A stretch of DNA of 64,000 nt from IMG/VR virus record IMGVR_UViG_3300023714_000001; one strand, given 5' to 3'. The notes beneath the pieces are model-generated. The model searched no databases. It worked only from the letters and a program-made list of their open reading frames with translations, and had not been told where the DNA came from. A program made the position numbers and the translations under genes. Position 1 is the stretch's first letter; every line of letters starts with the position of its first letter. Origin of the DNA: a virus. Taxonomy: Duplodnaviria > Caudoviricetes. Of this stretch, positions 29,401-37,422 are shown piece by piece.

Positions 29401-32161
29401 GAGAGTTCATATTCGCATAGGATACGGTGCTGACGCTTCCCATCTGCCAATCAGTTTTAATGGAATGATAGCCGAAGTAGATAATGGCGATACCGTAAAA
29501 CTCATTTGTCAGAGTGATGGCGGTGAGATTTGTAAGCCGATTCTTTTAGAGAAAAAAGCTTCCGAGTTGCAGGGGATTGATGGAGTCGGTTGGTCATCTG
29601 TTGCTGAAAATGGAGATACGCCCAAGAATATCATGCGCAGCCTGATGTGTTTAAAAGGCGGTCTTATCAATTCGTGGATGCATGACAAGGGAATGGATGA
29701 CGCAGCAAATCTTATCGGGACACCGATTAATCCGTTAGGGATATACCACTTTGGTAATCCGGATATGGCATACGCCGGGGACCCGGAGCCGGTGCAAAAC
29801 ATTTTTGAAATTGGCCTGAAAACGGGGTCTGATAGGTATCTGAATGTCACGGGTGATGACCATAAAGAGGGTATGCTTGAAGGTATAGCAAATACCATCA
29901 ATGGCAAAGATGAGGATATTGCAACCCATCTGCAGTTTGAGGTTTTTGGCAAAACCGTATGGGATGTAGCAAATATCTGCCGCAGTACTGACCCGGAATA
30001 CTATGCAGCTGTCCGCCCGTTCCATTTGCGTTCTACATTGTTTATTGGACGCGCCCATGACTATTATGCATATGACTATGAGCAGAAAGGCGGCTCGTGG
30101 GTTGAAAAACGCAAACCGTTCCAGCAGGCACATATTTATACGTCACTTACTGATATTATAGATAACAAGCTGGCGGTCTCCCCAAAAGACATAAAAACAT
30201 GCGCCATTGGTATGTATGAAGTAGAAGGTTTCATGAACGCCAAGGTGCAGAAGAAAACCGATCCGCAATGGGTTGATGCCGCAATATACCCGGAATTTCA
30301 GAAGACAATGTATGTAGATACAAAACTCTTTGGTGAAGGTTCAAGAAAACTGGGGATTGTTAGTGATGTTGTCGGATGGTTTAGCAATGGCATATTTAAT
30401 AGCTGGCTGGATCGTGGCTTCGACAAAGAAGGCGATGCACAAAATCATCATGCTCTTGCTGTTAAGATGACCATAAGTGCTCTTAAGGATGCAATGAAAG
30501 AAATGTACCAGGGCAATATTGTTGTTATCGGCGACCCGACAGTTCAGCCTAACGACCGCATGATTCTTAATGATACTTACAACTACATTAACGGCCAGTG
30601 TCTTGTCCGGGATGTTGTTCAGGTATTCTCTTGTGAAGGTGGGTTTAGGACGGTAATTACTCCGGACCTCATCACGTCTCAGGTTGGAGAAGCTGCTGCT
30701 GGAGAAGAGAAGATCCAGTCACAGAACTGCCTTTTAACAAACCTGTTCGTCGGGCCGATAGGCGCTTATGTCGGGGCTAAACTTATGCAAGGGTCGGCAA
30801 CAAAATTACTTGAAGGTATCAATAGTATAAAGAATAGTGAAAAGCTCGCAAAGGCCGGAAACTTTATCAGGAGCACAGGCTCTGCTATAAATGAGAGCAA
30901 AGTTGTGCAGGTAGGGAAAAATGTTCTGAGCGGATTCTCTAAGTTTGGGAATATGATCAGTAAAGCCAGCAAGGCGTTTCGTGCAGTTTCTGCCGCTGCT
31001 AGTGTTGGAGAAGCCGCGGTAGGTGCAGCAGTTTCTGATGGCGCATCGGCTGTGGCCACGGCGGCCCTCGGGTATCTTGCAGCTCCACTCGTTCCGGTAT
31101 GTGCCCTTGGGCTTGGTGCCATAGAGGATATGGTTGCAAGCAAATTCAACAGCAGAAAAACTCTTGTCATATTTCCTCTTATGAAATATAACAAAGTTTA
31201 TGTTGGCGGCATAGATGGCCATGTTGGCTCCGTATATGGCGCACCAAACTTTGGTTCAGAAGATGCGATACAATCCATATTCACCAAAATGAAAAATGCG
31301 AGCAACTACTTGTCAATATCAGGCATATTTAATTTCTTGTATGGCAAAGGCGGGATAATGGACATCCATCAGAGTTTTGGCCTGGACGAATGTCAAAAGA
31401 TTGCTAATGATGAAGGGCTCGCTCAAATGGCTTATCGTCAGATAAACAACAGCCAGATAAATAATTTCTCGAAAGCGTCTTTTAATCCACTAAAGCCTCG
31501 TATGTCTGTACGCAGCCACAATGCAATACAGAAGGCGCAGAATCTTTACGGCATAACCGGAAAAACCCCGGATGATATTAATGCCGATACAAAGATGAAA
31601 GAAATGAAGAGCGTTATTCACGACGAAACCTTGAAGCAGTATTTTACCAACGGATTCTTCCGTGTGGCCGCACACGAAAAAGGGTTTACGGCAGACATTA
31701 GCGACAAGATCAAATGTATCTGCATTAAAAATCCGGACAGCGAAGAGTACTACTATATTAATGCAATCTATGACAGTAATGGGTGCTATGATATACCGTT
31801 TGTACATAAAGAAGCGGCAGGAGTTCTGCATGATATCATCGTGAGATCTTTCATCTTTATGGCTGGTACAGAGCAGGAGCGCGACGCTTTTAAATGGTAT
31901 GAGGATAACAAAAATTCGTTCATAACACTGACTTCGGCATTAAAATGTGGCTCGACTACCAATTATGAGTCAACAGGGTTTTCGTTCGTGCTGACCGCTT
32001 CGGATGATAAATCTCAAAAGGCACTTTCAAGTGCTATTGATTTCATTAATCGACAGATGGCAGAAACACATAATAAGATGGAAGCCGTACCGGAGGCAGT
32101 GATGACCAAAAGAGAAACCGGCCGGGATGTATTTATAGTAGTCCATCCGCCGCAGAGGTAA
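23405..32161 (+). CDS. Giant baseplate hub-like protein with N-terminal thermonuclease (SNase) domain (2918 aa)
   Basis: SNase motifs DGDT, IRFAGLDTKE and DAYGR. Hub-like region LRPGARVHIRIGYG...FNGMIAEV...GNIVVIGDPTVQPND...GFRTVITPD. Glycine-zipper segment at 27680-27810. Confidence 0.65.
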   Translation: MVTDLKNPAIGLPDMGDYYYDAPDQEAYFGEMDKNLNSVRRDKANSVEAYRFYQEDPPQPGADEKGKVYVFDVELGAKGIGDDSEEVAGIKVDDGDTLAIPIGSIKVPDEKCEKYLSYIKGYVSTHNSSGDATAINIRFAGLDTKELPHYRKISMDELNKKELSEVNLSAALGDDNYMVSKYKSWMQTRKTLDKAYDGYKTKGTFFDYAQPSDSVVQVVKMDDDKYHQYFSDGTNGYVLVANATNNYSPETIADAGLGRDVVVNALNDAEAMRIVIDATQITRDGGSIKTMFDTELYGTGIGNEVSRQLDMMFDSYTKHQRPGFNTWGQDAYGRCISAVYVKIKGKWINLNKLVIADTNMTEINKYNNGDQSSTVIDLDSYEYDRKAYADSLYADTSKFDDREQVQKQIFGQTWKALKEWTVTIGDVTLFVPPTSIRTLTQTKAERMPLIRAKGSMAKSSTKNQRIIEMDLYFNEDRGINGYEYKTNTRPDNKGKDVTYWMNGLRALYAQFRLAPFLPIESHYINTVLGVDAVSLVNFSCETVPNFPKLIKATIQLSEFEYRIYMPEIPYDDGSDDETEVRNYFSKQINYPLFRYYYQRLLRNGEELKDVKFLDKKYITSTFGNKTCLVPAKFVDPYIRFYVPNKNQLEKLKKAKLERMARPNTVRSISKTELNFADEMSKVKNEIDYINTSQSPIDKVNDYLKAPDMDGYILAGINGKIMIGKAGDANTFVPDPEKTKAFESLMGEAAAYYENGLTSLRREDGQPLCQKQGTLTFGPSNSDGSIYGAYFSINIEYPDISEDSLNNLRTLSSVSGVASADETFVNRNLRLRMSVDLGESNLTYATNIVKGAALGKGESLFYFDTNADSSFLNFLTEVNNKQGVGGNEDANEAKAMVDYVSAATLEFEPYNDDEDFLVEAIHVSTSNTFSQITLQETSGYAPQYMGGTDVSLQISMYTQSEKAASAINALPHVSAEFARNYRLVLAAWPLKIETEFTKLFGITDVMVEACEVDTVPNYPGLYHITMSLVSVDRSLRNRESLKQKDMKNFHNLSVQGVARERRWSYTQMAEFLSEAELYPDLELPPLKELAESGFNFIRYSNTKRVYPDPDFYFTYSYVLMSQLIREAVLNALNSDACQTVVRDTTGKEISGSLAERIGSWNRNYELSKGWDKDLGSVFQNDDLIAARIITDWENVADDERDETWTIAPNVKVAMMEKRMLNRINDSSKQSYQEKNGADIHSSTTYDNVDGLKQPATGQTTETDKDGNVTELKDAPDNQNSTESKDTNDIGLSKENDAKNLEKLKQQQQDIKDEKATGKYSSIMYKKNEDISNRINGVIKHYQNISIDEMGDGIGDIVQQLVAAFNTCPKYNNSHIEGVPGQGKSEIPNGMFGKIPAFLDAAADAICSNNGVDYSEESAEHFNHTATTVGGAAATGALAGSVVAGPVGTVVGGAAGAAVGGATAFVAAATGVHDNNGKSPWKHSTKYRGRLKIDGIEQMWAFDDDDPQKDYKVEMIAKNATEFGYFNFKFYTPEELEDRFGYYGHIEQDNTVENSETVVEAHPRMGRYLADPYYRYADAKVQEEYVRRCLTDYGFAKKAFLRICILYMQVLVSYNVFPSFSYDVMRDALTYEENLQKIVTGMEELRKKKAEEERTKSETQKQYGTSKKYSQKKQPGEVKADAANVVSYVGAAIPEGTTGNTKDAKEEDKKKSAEGENKEGENKEGAEAKKANDNPGIPDIAAATMVTKANVSKIASQINKNKEAMDNGKLFLMCAMGVVDGDKNFLQLLLNREYDALNAIAGAACSGKASPNKKDATYETRLRSFIRALAGENVIDNSLIGSGETEAPSAVVAQNDSRANCSAASEDPTMYMVHSFYDMVVHDCRGRMLRAFPTFYMFFIDEGRKIGKFRLHDNFYNTNAISSITISKSRKNPTDVAEVVMTNFFNTFTTEDEDLNMNYSANFTDVFKSLWLPTLQSYAVDEEERRTNAPKAERFRLRPGARVHIRIGYGADASHLPISFNGMIAEVDNGDTVKLICQSDGGEICKPILLEKKASELQGIDGVGWSSVAENGDTPKNIMRSLMCLKGGLINSWMHDKGMDDAANLIGTPINPLGIYHFGNPDMAYAGDPEPVQNIFEIGLKTGSDRYLNVTGDDHKEGMLEGIANTINGKDEDIATHLQFEVFGKTVWDVANICRSTDPEYYAAVRPFHLRSTLFIGRAHDYYAYDYEQKGGSWVEKRKPFQQAHIYTSLTDIIDNKLAVSPKDIKTCAIGMYEVEGFMNAKVQKKTDPQWVDAAIYPEFQKTMYVDTKLFGEGSRKLGIVSDVVGWFSNGIFNSWLDRGFDKEGDAQNHHALAVKMTISALKDAMKEMYQGNIVVIGDPTVQPNDRMILNDTYNYINGQCLVRDVVQVFSCEGGFRTVITPDLITSQVGEAAAGEEKIQSQNCLLTNLFVGPIGAYVGAKLMQGSATKLLEGINSIKNSEKLAKAGNFIRSTGSAINESKVVQVGKNVLSGFSKFGNMISKASKAFRAVSAAASVGEAAVGAAVSDGASAVATAALGYLAAPLVPVCALGLGAIEDMVASKFNSRKTLVIFPLMKYNKVYVGGIDGHVGSVYGAPNFGSEDAIQSIFTKMKNASNYLSISGIFNFLYGKGGIMDIHQSFGLDECQKIANDEGLAQMAYRQINNSQINNFSKASFNPLKPRMSVRSHNAIQKAQNLYGITGKTPDDINADTKMKEMKSVIHDETLKQYFTNGFFRVAAHEKGFTADISDKIKCICIKNPDSEEYYYINAIYDSNGCYDIPFVHKEAAGVLHDIIVRSFIFMAGTEQERDAFKWYEDNKNSFITLTSALKCGSTTNYESTGFSFVLTASDDKSQKALSSAIDFINRQMAETHNKMEAVPEAVMTKRETGRDVFIVVHPPQR

Positions 32162-32165
32162 ATAA

Positions 32166-32528
32166 ATGGGTGTTCTTGGAAATGCAATGAAGAATGGTGT
32201 CATTGGCGAAGCTATGCGCTCCGCCAATCGAGACCAACAGACTGTTGCCAAGATACTTAGCGCAGACGAATCCAACAACCTATGTACTGTAGAGTATGTG
32301 GATAGGGATGGAAGCAAGGTAAAAATAGATAAGGCTATGGTAGATCTGCGGAATAAGGACTGGTTTCCCCAAAAAGGGGACGCGGTCCTTATCCGTGTAT
32401 CTGGCCGTTCTGCGCTGATAGAGCAGCAGTATACAGAAAACTACAATGCGGATGTTCGCAGCAAGCAAAAGTTAAGTAACGATGTCACCCCTGATGGTGA
32501 CGGAACCGTAGCAGGTTCAATCTTTTGA
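32166..32528 (+). CDS. Small OB-fold spike/baseplate (gp5/gpV N-terminal-like) protein
   Basis: AKILSADE-NNLCTVEY...WFPQKGD-VLI pattern directly after the hub gene. Confidence 0.45.
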   Translation: MGVLGNAMKNGVIGEAMRSANRDQQTVAKILSADESNNLCTVEYVDRDGSKVKIDKAMVDLRNKDWFPQKGDAVLIRVSGRSALIEQQYTENYNADVRSKQKLSNDVTPDGDGTVAGSIF

Positions 32529-32537
32529 GGGGAAATT

Positions 32538-33623
32538 ATGGCAGAAAATAAATCAGAAAAATTTGCATTACAGGTAGGGGCTGTAAAGCCTGACCTGCGG
32601 GCAAACATTAGTGCGTTAAGAAAACGGGCGGATTACTCTGACAGGTCATCTGATTCAGCCATGGTAAGCAATAACGGCAACGCTTCTTTACGCTTATTTG
32701 ACAAAAAGATTAATCAGGCGGCGTCACAAAACACATCTCAGAAAATGACCGACAAACAAAGCGTGTCGATGTCTTTTGAGGAACGCCATGTAACCAATAG
32801 ATTTAGTCTAGAGGCGTATGATTTCATTTTTAATGGTCATAAGCTCAATCCAAACCTGTGGGAATATAGTGATTTTAAGAAGTACACAGATATGTATGGG
32901 CAGGAGCATGCAGTAGGCGGCTTTACGATGATGGGTACGATTCTCACGCCGTCATGGGATGAGCAGCTTCATCGGTATGTCCTTATCCGACGGCAGGCAC
33001 GTATGCCGTTCTTCTCGCCAAAGAATAATGTGCCGGAAATCTTAAAGACATTGCAGATTGACGATCCTACAAAAGTGGCATATAAATATGGAGTAAAACA
33101 GTCATCGGAAACGGCTCAGCAGTATTACGAACGTGTTGGCAAGAACTTCGACCAGAAGAAATATTATACCGGAGCGACTGTACCAAACTCTATGGGCGGC
33201 GGCGCTGGCACTGCTACAGCGGAGATTATTGAAAAAGCTGTTCAGTGGTGTATCAAGATTGCAAATGATGAGGATGGACAGATTCATCATTATTCCCAGG
33301 CGAATAGAACAGGCCCGGATTACGACTGTACTTCATTTGTATGTGCGGGACTTCAGGCGGCGGGATTAGATATCCCATATCTCGGTGGCTCTAGTTTTGA
33401 CAGCGACATTCTCAACTATGGTTTTGAACGACTCCCGTTTCCCGGTCTTGAGGGGCTGCAGCGTGGTGATATCATGAGCAATCCGTCTCACGTCGAATGG
33501 TATATTGGTAATAACCAACGTTGCGGTGCACACACCGACAGTAAGCCTGCCGAAAAACAGATTAGTGTAGAAGAATATTGGGAAGGGCAAGGCTGGACAG
33601 ATATTTTCCGTTTTAAAGGATGA
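32538..33623 (+). CDS. Virion-associated peptidoglycan hydrolase with C-terminal NlpC/P60-superfamily domain
   Basis: YSQANRTGPDYDCTSFV (catalytic Cys) ... LQRGDI...HVEWYIG (His). Confidence 0.75.
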   Translation: MAENKSEKFALQVGAVKPDLRANISALRKRADYSDRSSDSAMVSNNGNASLRLFDKKINQAASQNTSQKMTDKQSVSMSFEERHVTNRFSLEAYDFIFNGHKLNPNLWEYSDFKKYTDMYGQEHAVGGFTMMGTILTPSWDEQLHRYVLIRRQARMPFFSPKNNVPEILKTLQIDDPTKVAYKYGVKQSSETAQQYYERVGKNFDQKKYYTGATVPNSMGGGAGTATAEIIEKAVQWCIKIANDEDGQIHHYSQANRTGPDYDCTSFVCAGLQAAGLDIPYLGGSSFDSDILNYGFERLPFPGLEGLQRGDIMSNPSHVEWYIGNNQRCGAHTDSKPAEKQISVEEYWEGQGWTDIFRFKG

Positions 33624-33627
33624 TTAG

Positions 33628-35427
33628 ATGGCACAGATACCCAGCTATAACAAAATAGATTACCAAAACGATTCCAAACTTGTCGTGTATGCAAAACAAC
33701 AGGCGATAGCAAAGGCGGTGTCAAAAACATCGCCCGCTATTGCTGCAAAAACAAATACATCTGATTTAGTGAAAAATCAGCCCGGCAGTACGCGATATGA
33801 GATCCCGGAATACAATGGGATTGACTATAAAAACGATTCCTTGGCAGTTATTGATGCTAAGCGAAGAGCGATAGCGAAGGCACAGGGCGCATTTTTACCT
33901 ATAACAAAAACAAGCAATGCGGCTAACGTAGTCAATACCAATGCCACAGCCCAAAAAACGAGTGCTGCGCGGTATGAAACGCCAAATTACAACAAGATCG
34001 ACTACGCGAATGATAGTCTGGCAGTAATTCAGGCAAAACGGCTTGCGATTGCGAATGCGCAGGGGGGTAATGGTAAAGATACAACACCGACAGTTACCAT
34101 GTCTGCTGATACAAAATCAATAACCATAATTTCCCCACAAAGCAATAATAAGGTTAAAGAATCTGAAGCAAAAAAGAGTACAGATACAGAAGCTAAGGAA
34201 AAAGCACAAAAGCTTAAGGAAGCTGAAGAAAGAAAAAAGAAATTAGATAAGGAATTCCAAGAAAAAACTACCCTTGCCCAAAAGAACAGCGAAGAGGCTA
34301 TTAAGAATGTAGAAAAGTACATTGCTGAGCAAGGAAAGGCCAGTACGGAGAAAAAGGATCAGGTTGTTTCTTCATCAGAGGCATTGAAGGAGATGAAGGG
34401 CAGCGTAAAGAACATGTGGAAAGAGATTGTATCTCCGTTGTCCGGCTCTCTCAGCGATGCAGTAAATGACATTAAGTCTGACGAAGCAGCAAAAGGGATT
34501 ATTGGCGAGATAAAAGAAACGGCGCAAGGAATAGGAAAAATCAAAGATCTTATCAAGGATGCAAAAGGTCTTTCCAAGGATGATCTCTTAAAGCTGAGTA
34601 CGAAGTCGTTGTTGGAGCTGCAAAAAGATATCTTAAGCCAGAACCTATCGCAACAGGCGGTTTTAGACAGTATAACAAAACAAATAGCGGCCCAGGAAAG
34701 CAACATAGCAAAACTGGCGCAAACGGTAACCGATAAGTATTTGATGCAAAAAGCGTATATCAATACGTATCTGAAAAACACTCTCGGTAATCCTGAATTC
34801 ATGGCTAAGGTGTCTAAAAACATAGGAGACCAAGTTGGGAAATATGTAGACGCACTGTCCAACGAAAAAATAAACGAAGTGAATACAAGATTAGACGAGG
34901 CCGGCAAAAAAATAGATACAGCCATCGATAACACATTCAGTCGGGTTACCAGTAAAATAGATGATACAACACAGAAGATTTCTACAAAACTGGATGATTT
35001 ATCAAAGCTTAACATTGTGAATGATATTAATAGTAAGCTTGAAAAAAGCCTGTCTTTAGAGTCTTTTGAGAAGAGACTGGATTCCAATCCGTTAACCCAA
35101 ATTTTGTCACCGAGCATTATGAGCATTTGCAATGCGGGGCAGCTTTCCATAATGAATTCGTTCAAGCAGCCAAAAATGCTTGAAACTATCACAAAGGTGC
35201 AGACCAAAATTAAGGCTGTACAGGAAAATCTTAAGAAGGCAAAAGACTTTATCGCAAACAAAACAAAACAGCTTAAAGAATATGTGGACAATCTTAAAAA
35301 GAAAGCCACGGAAGCAGTTAAACAGTTTGCAAACAAAGTCGTTGCAGATATAAAAAACAAAATTTCCGTTGCAGTAACCGGGGCGCTAGGCAGCGTAGCC
35401 GGAAGTTTGGCTGGAGGACTTTTGTAA
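33628..35427 (+). CDS. Hypothetical coiled-coil protein with three N-terminal ~30-aa repeats
   Basis: Three copies of P-YN-IDY-NDS-(L/A)V--AK--AIA-A followed by a Lys/Glu/Gln-rich heptad region. Confidence 0.7.
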   Translation: MAQIPSYNKIDYQNDSKLVVYAKQQAIAKAVSKTSPAIAAKTNTSDLVKNQPGSTRYEIPEYNGIDYKNDSLAVIDAKRRAIAKAQGAFLPITKTSNAANVVNTNATAQKTSAARYETPNYNKIDYANDSLAVIQAKRLAIANAQGGNGKDTTPTVTMSADTKSITIISPQSNNKVKESEAKKSTDTEAKEKAQKLKEAEERKKKLDKEFQEKTTLAQKNSEEAIKNVEKYIAEQGKASTEKKDQVVSSSEALKEMKGSVKNMWKEIVSPLSGSLSDAVNDIKSDEAAKGIIGEIKETAQGIGKIKDLIKDAKGLSKDDLLKLSTKSLLELQKDILSQNLSQQAVLDSITKQIAAQESNIAKLAQTVTDKYLMQKAYINTYLKNTLGNPEFMAKVSKNIGDQVGKYVDALSNEKINEVNTRLDEAGKKIDTAIDNTFSRVTSKIDDTTQKISTKLDDLSKLNIVNDINSKLEKSLSLESFEKRLDSNPLTQILSPSIMSICNAGQLSIMNSFKQPKMLETITKVQTKIKAVQENLKKAKDFIANKTKQLKEYVDNLKKKATEAVKQFANKVVADIKNKISVAVTGALGSVAGSLAGGLL

Positions 35428-35443
35428 AGGATGGTGAAGAATA

Positions 35444-35968
35444 ATGCTGGATTTAGAAATGACTGATAGCGGGGATCTTGCATGGTCTTCAGTATCGAGC
35501 CCTGGCGCCTTTCATTTGCGTTTTGCGTTAGCCGACTATAAAACCCAGCACATACATTTTTTGTGTAGGCCGACAAGCCGGCTGCAGAATAAACCTCGCA
35601 AAGGGCAACGTATTCGCTTTTGTTTTGTAGGGCCTGGGGAGGAGTTCAAAGTACAAACGGGGTTAGTACAAGATGAAAACGAAAGACTGCAGGCGCTATA
35701 TATTGCACTTCGCACGGAACTTGGCGACGTAAATGACGATACGGTGGGTTCTGACTTCTATAAAGAAGCTCACCATATCATAGCAGATGCTAATGATTTG
35801 TCGACTATCCGTGATAAGGCTGCAGAAGTGGTTGAACGCTTCTTTCCGGGCTCAGTCCTCGAAGCTGAATACTCAATATGTCCAGAGGCAAAAAACTTTA
35901 AGTACCAGTCAGTGAAGTTTACAATAAAAGATAAGGACAACGAGGTTATAGCCTCGTTTGTATTCTGA
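35444..35968 (+). CDS. gp25/gpW-like baseplate wedge protein
   Basis: MLDLEMTDSGDL ... QALYIALRTELGD...GSDFY pattern and position in the baseplate cluster. Confidence 0.5.
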   Translation: MLDLEMTDSGDLAWSSVSSPGAFHLRFALADYKTQHIHFLCRPTSRLQNKPRKGQRIRFCFVGPGEEFKVQTGLVQDENERLQALYIALRTELGDVNDDTVGSDFYKEAHHIIADANDLSTIRDKAAEVVERFFPGSVLEAEYSICPEAKNFKYQSVKFTIKDKDNEVIASFVF

Positions 35969-35993
35969 GAGAGCGAAAGCTCTCTATTTTTTT
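35968..35993 (+). terminator. Intrinsic terminator
   Basis: AGAGAGC-GAAA-GCTCTCT-ATTTTTTT (GNRA loop). Confidence 0.85.
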
Positions 35994-36023
35994 GAAAAAA
36001 ATTGCTTTGCTGTAAAAATAGTC

Positions 36024-36052
36024 TTGACAAATGTGGTAATGTGTACTACGAT
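36024..36052 (+). promoter_or_regulatory. Sigma-A promoter of NAD salvage operon
   Basis: TTGACA (36024-36029), 17-nt spacer, TACGAT (36047-36052). Confidence 0.8.
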
Positions 36053-36074
36053 TAATGTAGTACAAGATACCACA
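36032..36074. promoter_or_regulatory. Tandem NrtR-type operators overlapping -10 and transcription start
   Basis: TGTGGT-AATGTGT-ACTACG (36032-36050) and TGTAGT-ACAAGAT-ACCACA (36056-36074). Both are GT-N7-AC quasi-palindromes and together form a 43-bp dyad. Confidence 0.75.
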
Positions 36075-36091
36075 AAAAAGAGGTTGATTAT

Positions 36092-36877
36092 ATGTCAGAT
36101 ACACAAGAAGAGAAGGAATTTCTCAAAAACTACGATGCGGCACAGTATGAAAGACCATCTGTAACAGCAGATGTTGTTATTTTTACTGTAGACAGAGATA
36201 ACGAATTAAGTATCCTGTTGATAAAGCGCGGAGGACATCCCTATAAGGACCATTGGGCTATCCCAGGCGGATTTCTTGAGGCTGGAAAAGAATCCATTGA
36301 TGAGGCTGCCGCCCGCGAGCTGTACGAGGAAACGGGAATAAAGGTTTCTGATGGCATCGAACTTAGGCAGCTTATCACGGTTGGTGAACCGGATCGCGAC
36401 CCGAGAACACATGTCGTGAGTGTAGTTTATACGGCATTGGTCCCAAAAGGACTTCTACGTATAAAGGCAGGGGATGATGCAAAAGAAGCGCAGCTTTTTA
36501 AAATTCGCAAGGGGTTCGACGAAGAAGGAAACCGCAGGCTGCGTCTTGTTGGTGATAAGATTTCACTTACCACGGATAACCTTGCATTCGATCATGCCCG
36601 CATTGTGAAAATTGCATTGGAAAGGCTCAAAGGACGGTTAGCATATACGGACGACGCCTTCGCAATGCTCAAGAATAAAAAATGTTTTAAGATTTACGAG
36701 CTCAAGAAAATTCACGAAACCATTTTACAAAAAGTAATCGACAGAGCGAATTTCCGTAAAATGTTTATTCGAAACTTTGTCGATACCGGCAAGGTTAGAG
36801 AATTAAAAAAAGATGAAGTTGAAGGCACCGTAAAAACAGCAATGTATATGTATGTTGGAGGGAACGAGCATGAGTAA
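36092..36877 (+). CDS. nrtR: NrtR-family Nudix/wHTH transcriptional regulator of NAD metabolism
   Basis: YERPSVTADVVIF, Nudix box PGGF...ESIDEAAARELYEETGI, RDPR, LAFDH, and C-terminal wHTH ELKKIHETIL...DRANFRK. Confidence 0.9.
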   Translation: MSDTQEEKEFLKNYDAAQYERPSVTADVVIFTVDRDNELSILLIKRGGHPYKDHWAIPGGFLEAGKESIDEAAARELYEETGIKVSDGIELRQLITVGEPDRDPRTHVVSVVYTALVPKGLLRIKAGDDAKEAQLFKIRKGFDEEGNRRLRLVGDKISLTTDNLAFDHARIVKIALERLKGRLAYTDDAFAMLKNKKCFKIYELKKIHETILQKVIDRANFRKMFIRNFVDTGKVRELKKDEVEGTVKTAMYMYVGGNEHE

Positions 36878-37421
36878 AAAAGTATTGATTGTTGTTGACA
36901 TGCAGAACGATTTTATCGATGGTGCGCTGGGTACTAAAGAGGCTCAGTCCATTGTTGATAACGTAGCCAAGAAGGTCGCGGAGGCAAAAAAGAATGGCGA
37001 TATCATTATCTTCACGCAGGATACACATACGGAAGATTACCTTAACACGCAAGAAGGTAAGAATCTGCCGGTGCCTCATTGCATTAAAGGAACAGATGGC
37101 TGGAAGATAACCAACAAGATTGACATTCCTGAAGGATGTCTGATGTACGAAAAAGGTTCCTTTGGCTCTGGTGAACTTGGCAAAGACCTTTCCAATAGTG
37201 AAGGGAAAATCAGTGCAATTGAATTCGTTGGGCTCTGCACAGATATCTGCGTACTGTCCAATGCGGTAATCGCAAAAGCGGCACTGCCGGAAGTTCCCAT
37301 CACAGTAGATGCTGCATGCTGCGCGGGCGTAACACCGAAGAGCCATGATGAAGCTCTTGGCGCATTGCAGATGATTCAGGTAAAAGTCGCAAACCAAGAG
37401 CAGGAACCCTGGAGGGCATAA
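36870..37421 (+). CDS. pncA: Nicotinamidase (isochorismatase family)
   Basis: VVDMQNDF, DTH, PHC, EK and GLCTDICV (catalytic Cys). GGAGGG SD before ATG 36870. Confidence 0.88.
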   Translation: MSKKVLIVVDMQNDFIDGALGTKEAQSIVDNVAKKVAEAKKNGDIIIFTQDTHTEDYLNTQEGKNLPVPHCIKGTDGWKITNKIDIPEGCLMYEKGSFGSGELGKDLSNSEGKISAIEFVGLCTDICVLSNAVIAKAALPEVPITVDAACCAGVTPKSHDEALGALQMIQVKVANQEQEPWRA

Positions 37422-37422
37422 A

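Noticed and set aside
34359-35576. 405-aa minus-strand ORF, and the other short overlapping ORFs in the track
   Set aside because: Antisense or alternate-frame shadows of long coding genes. The Phe/Leu/Ser-rich composition is what the complement of Lys/Glu-rich codons produces.
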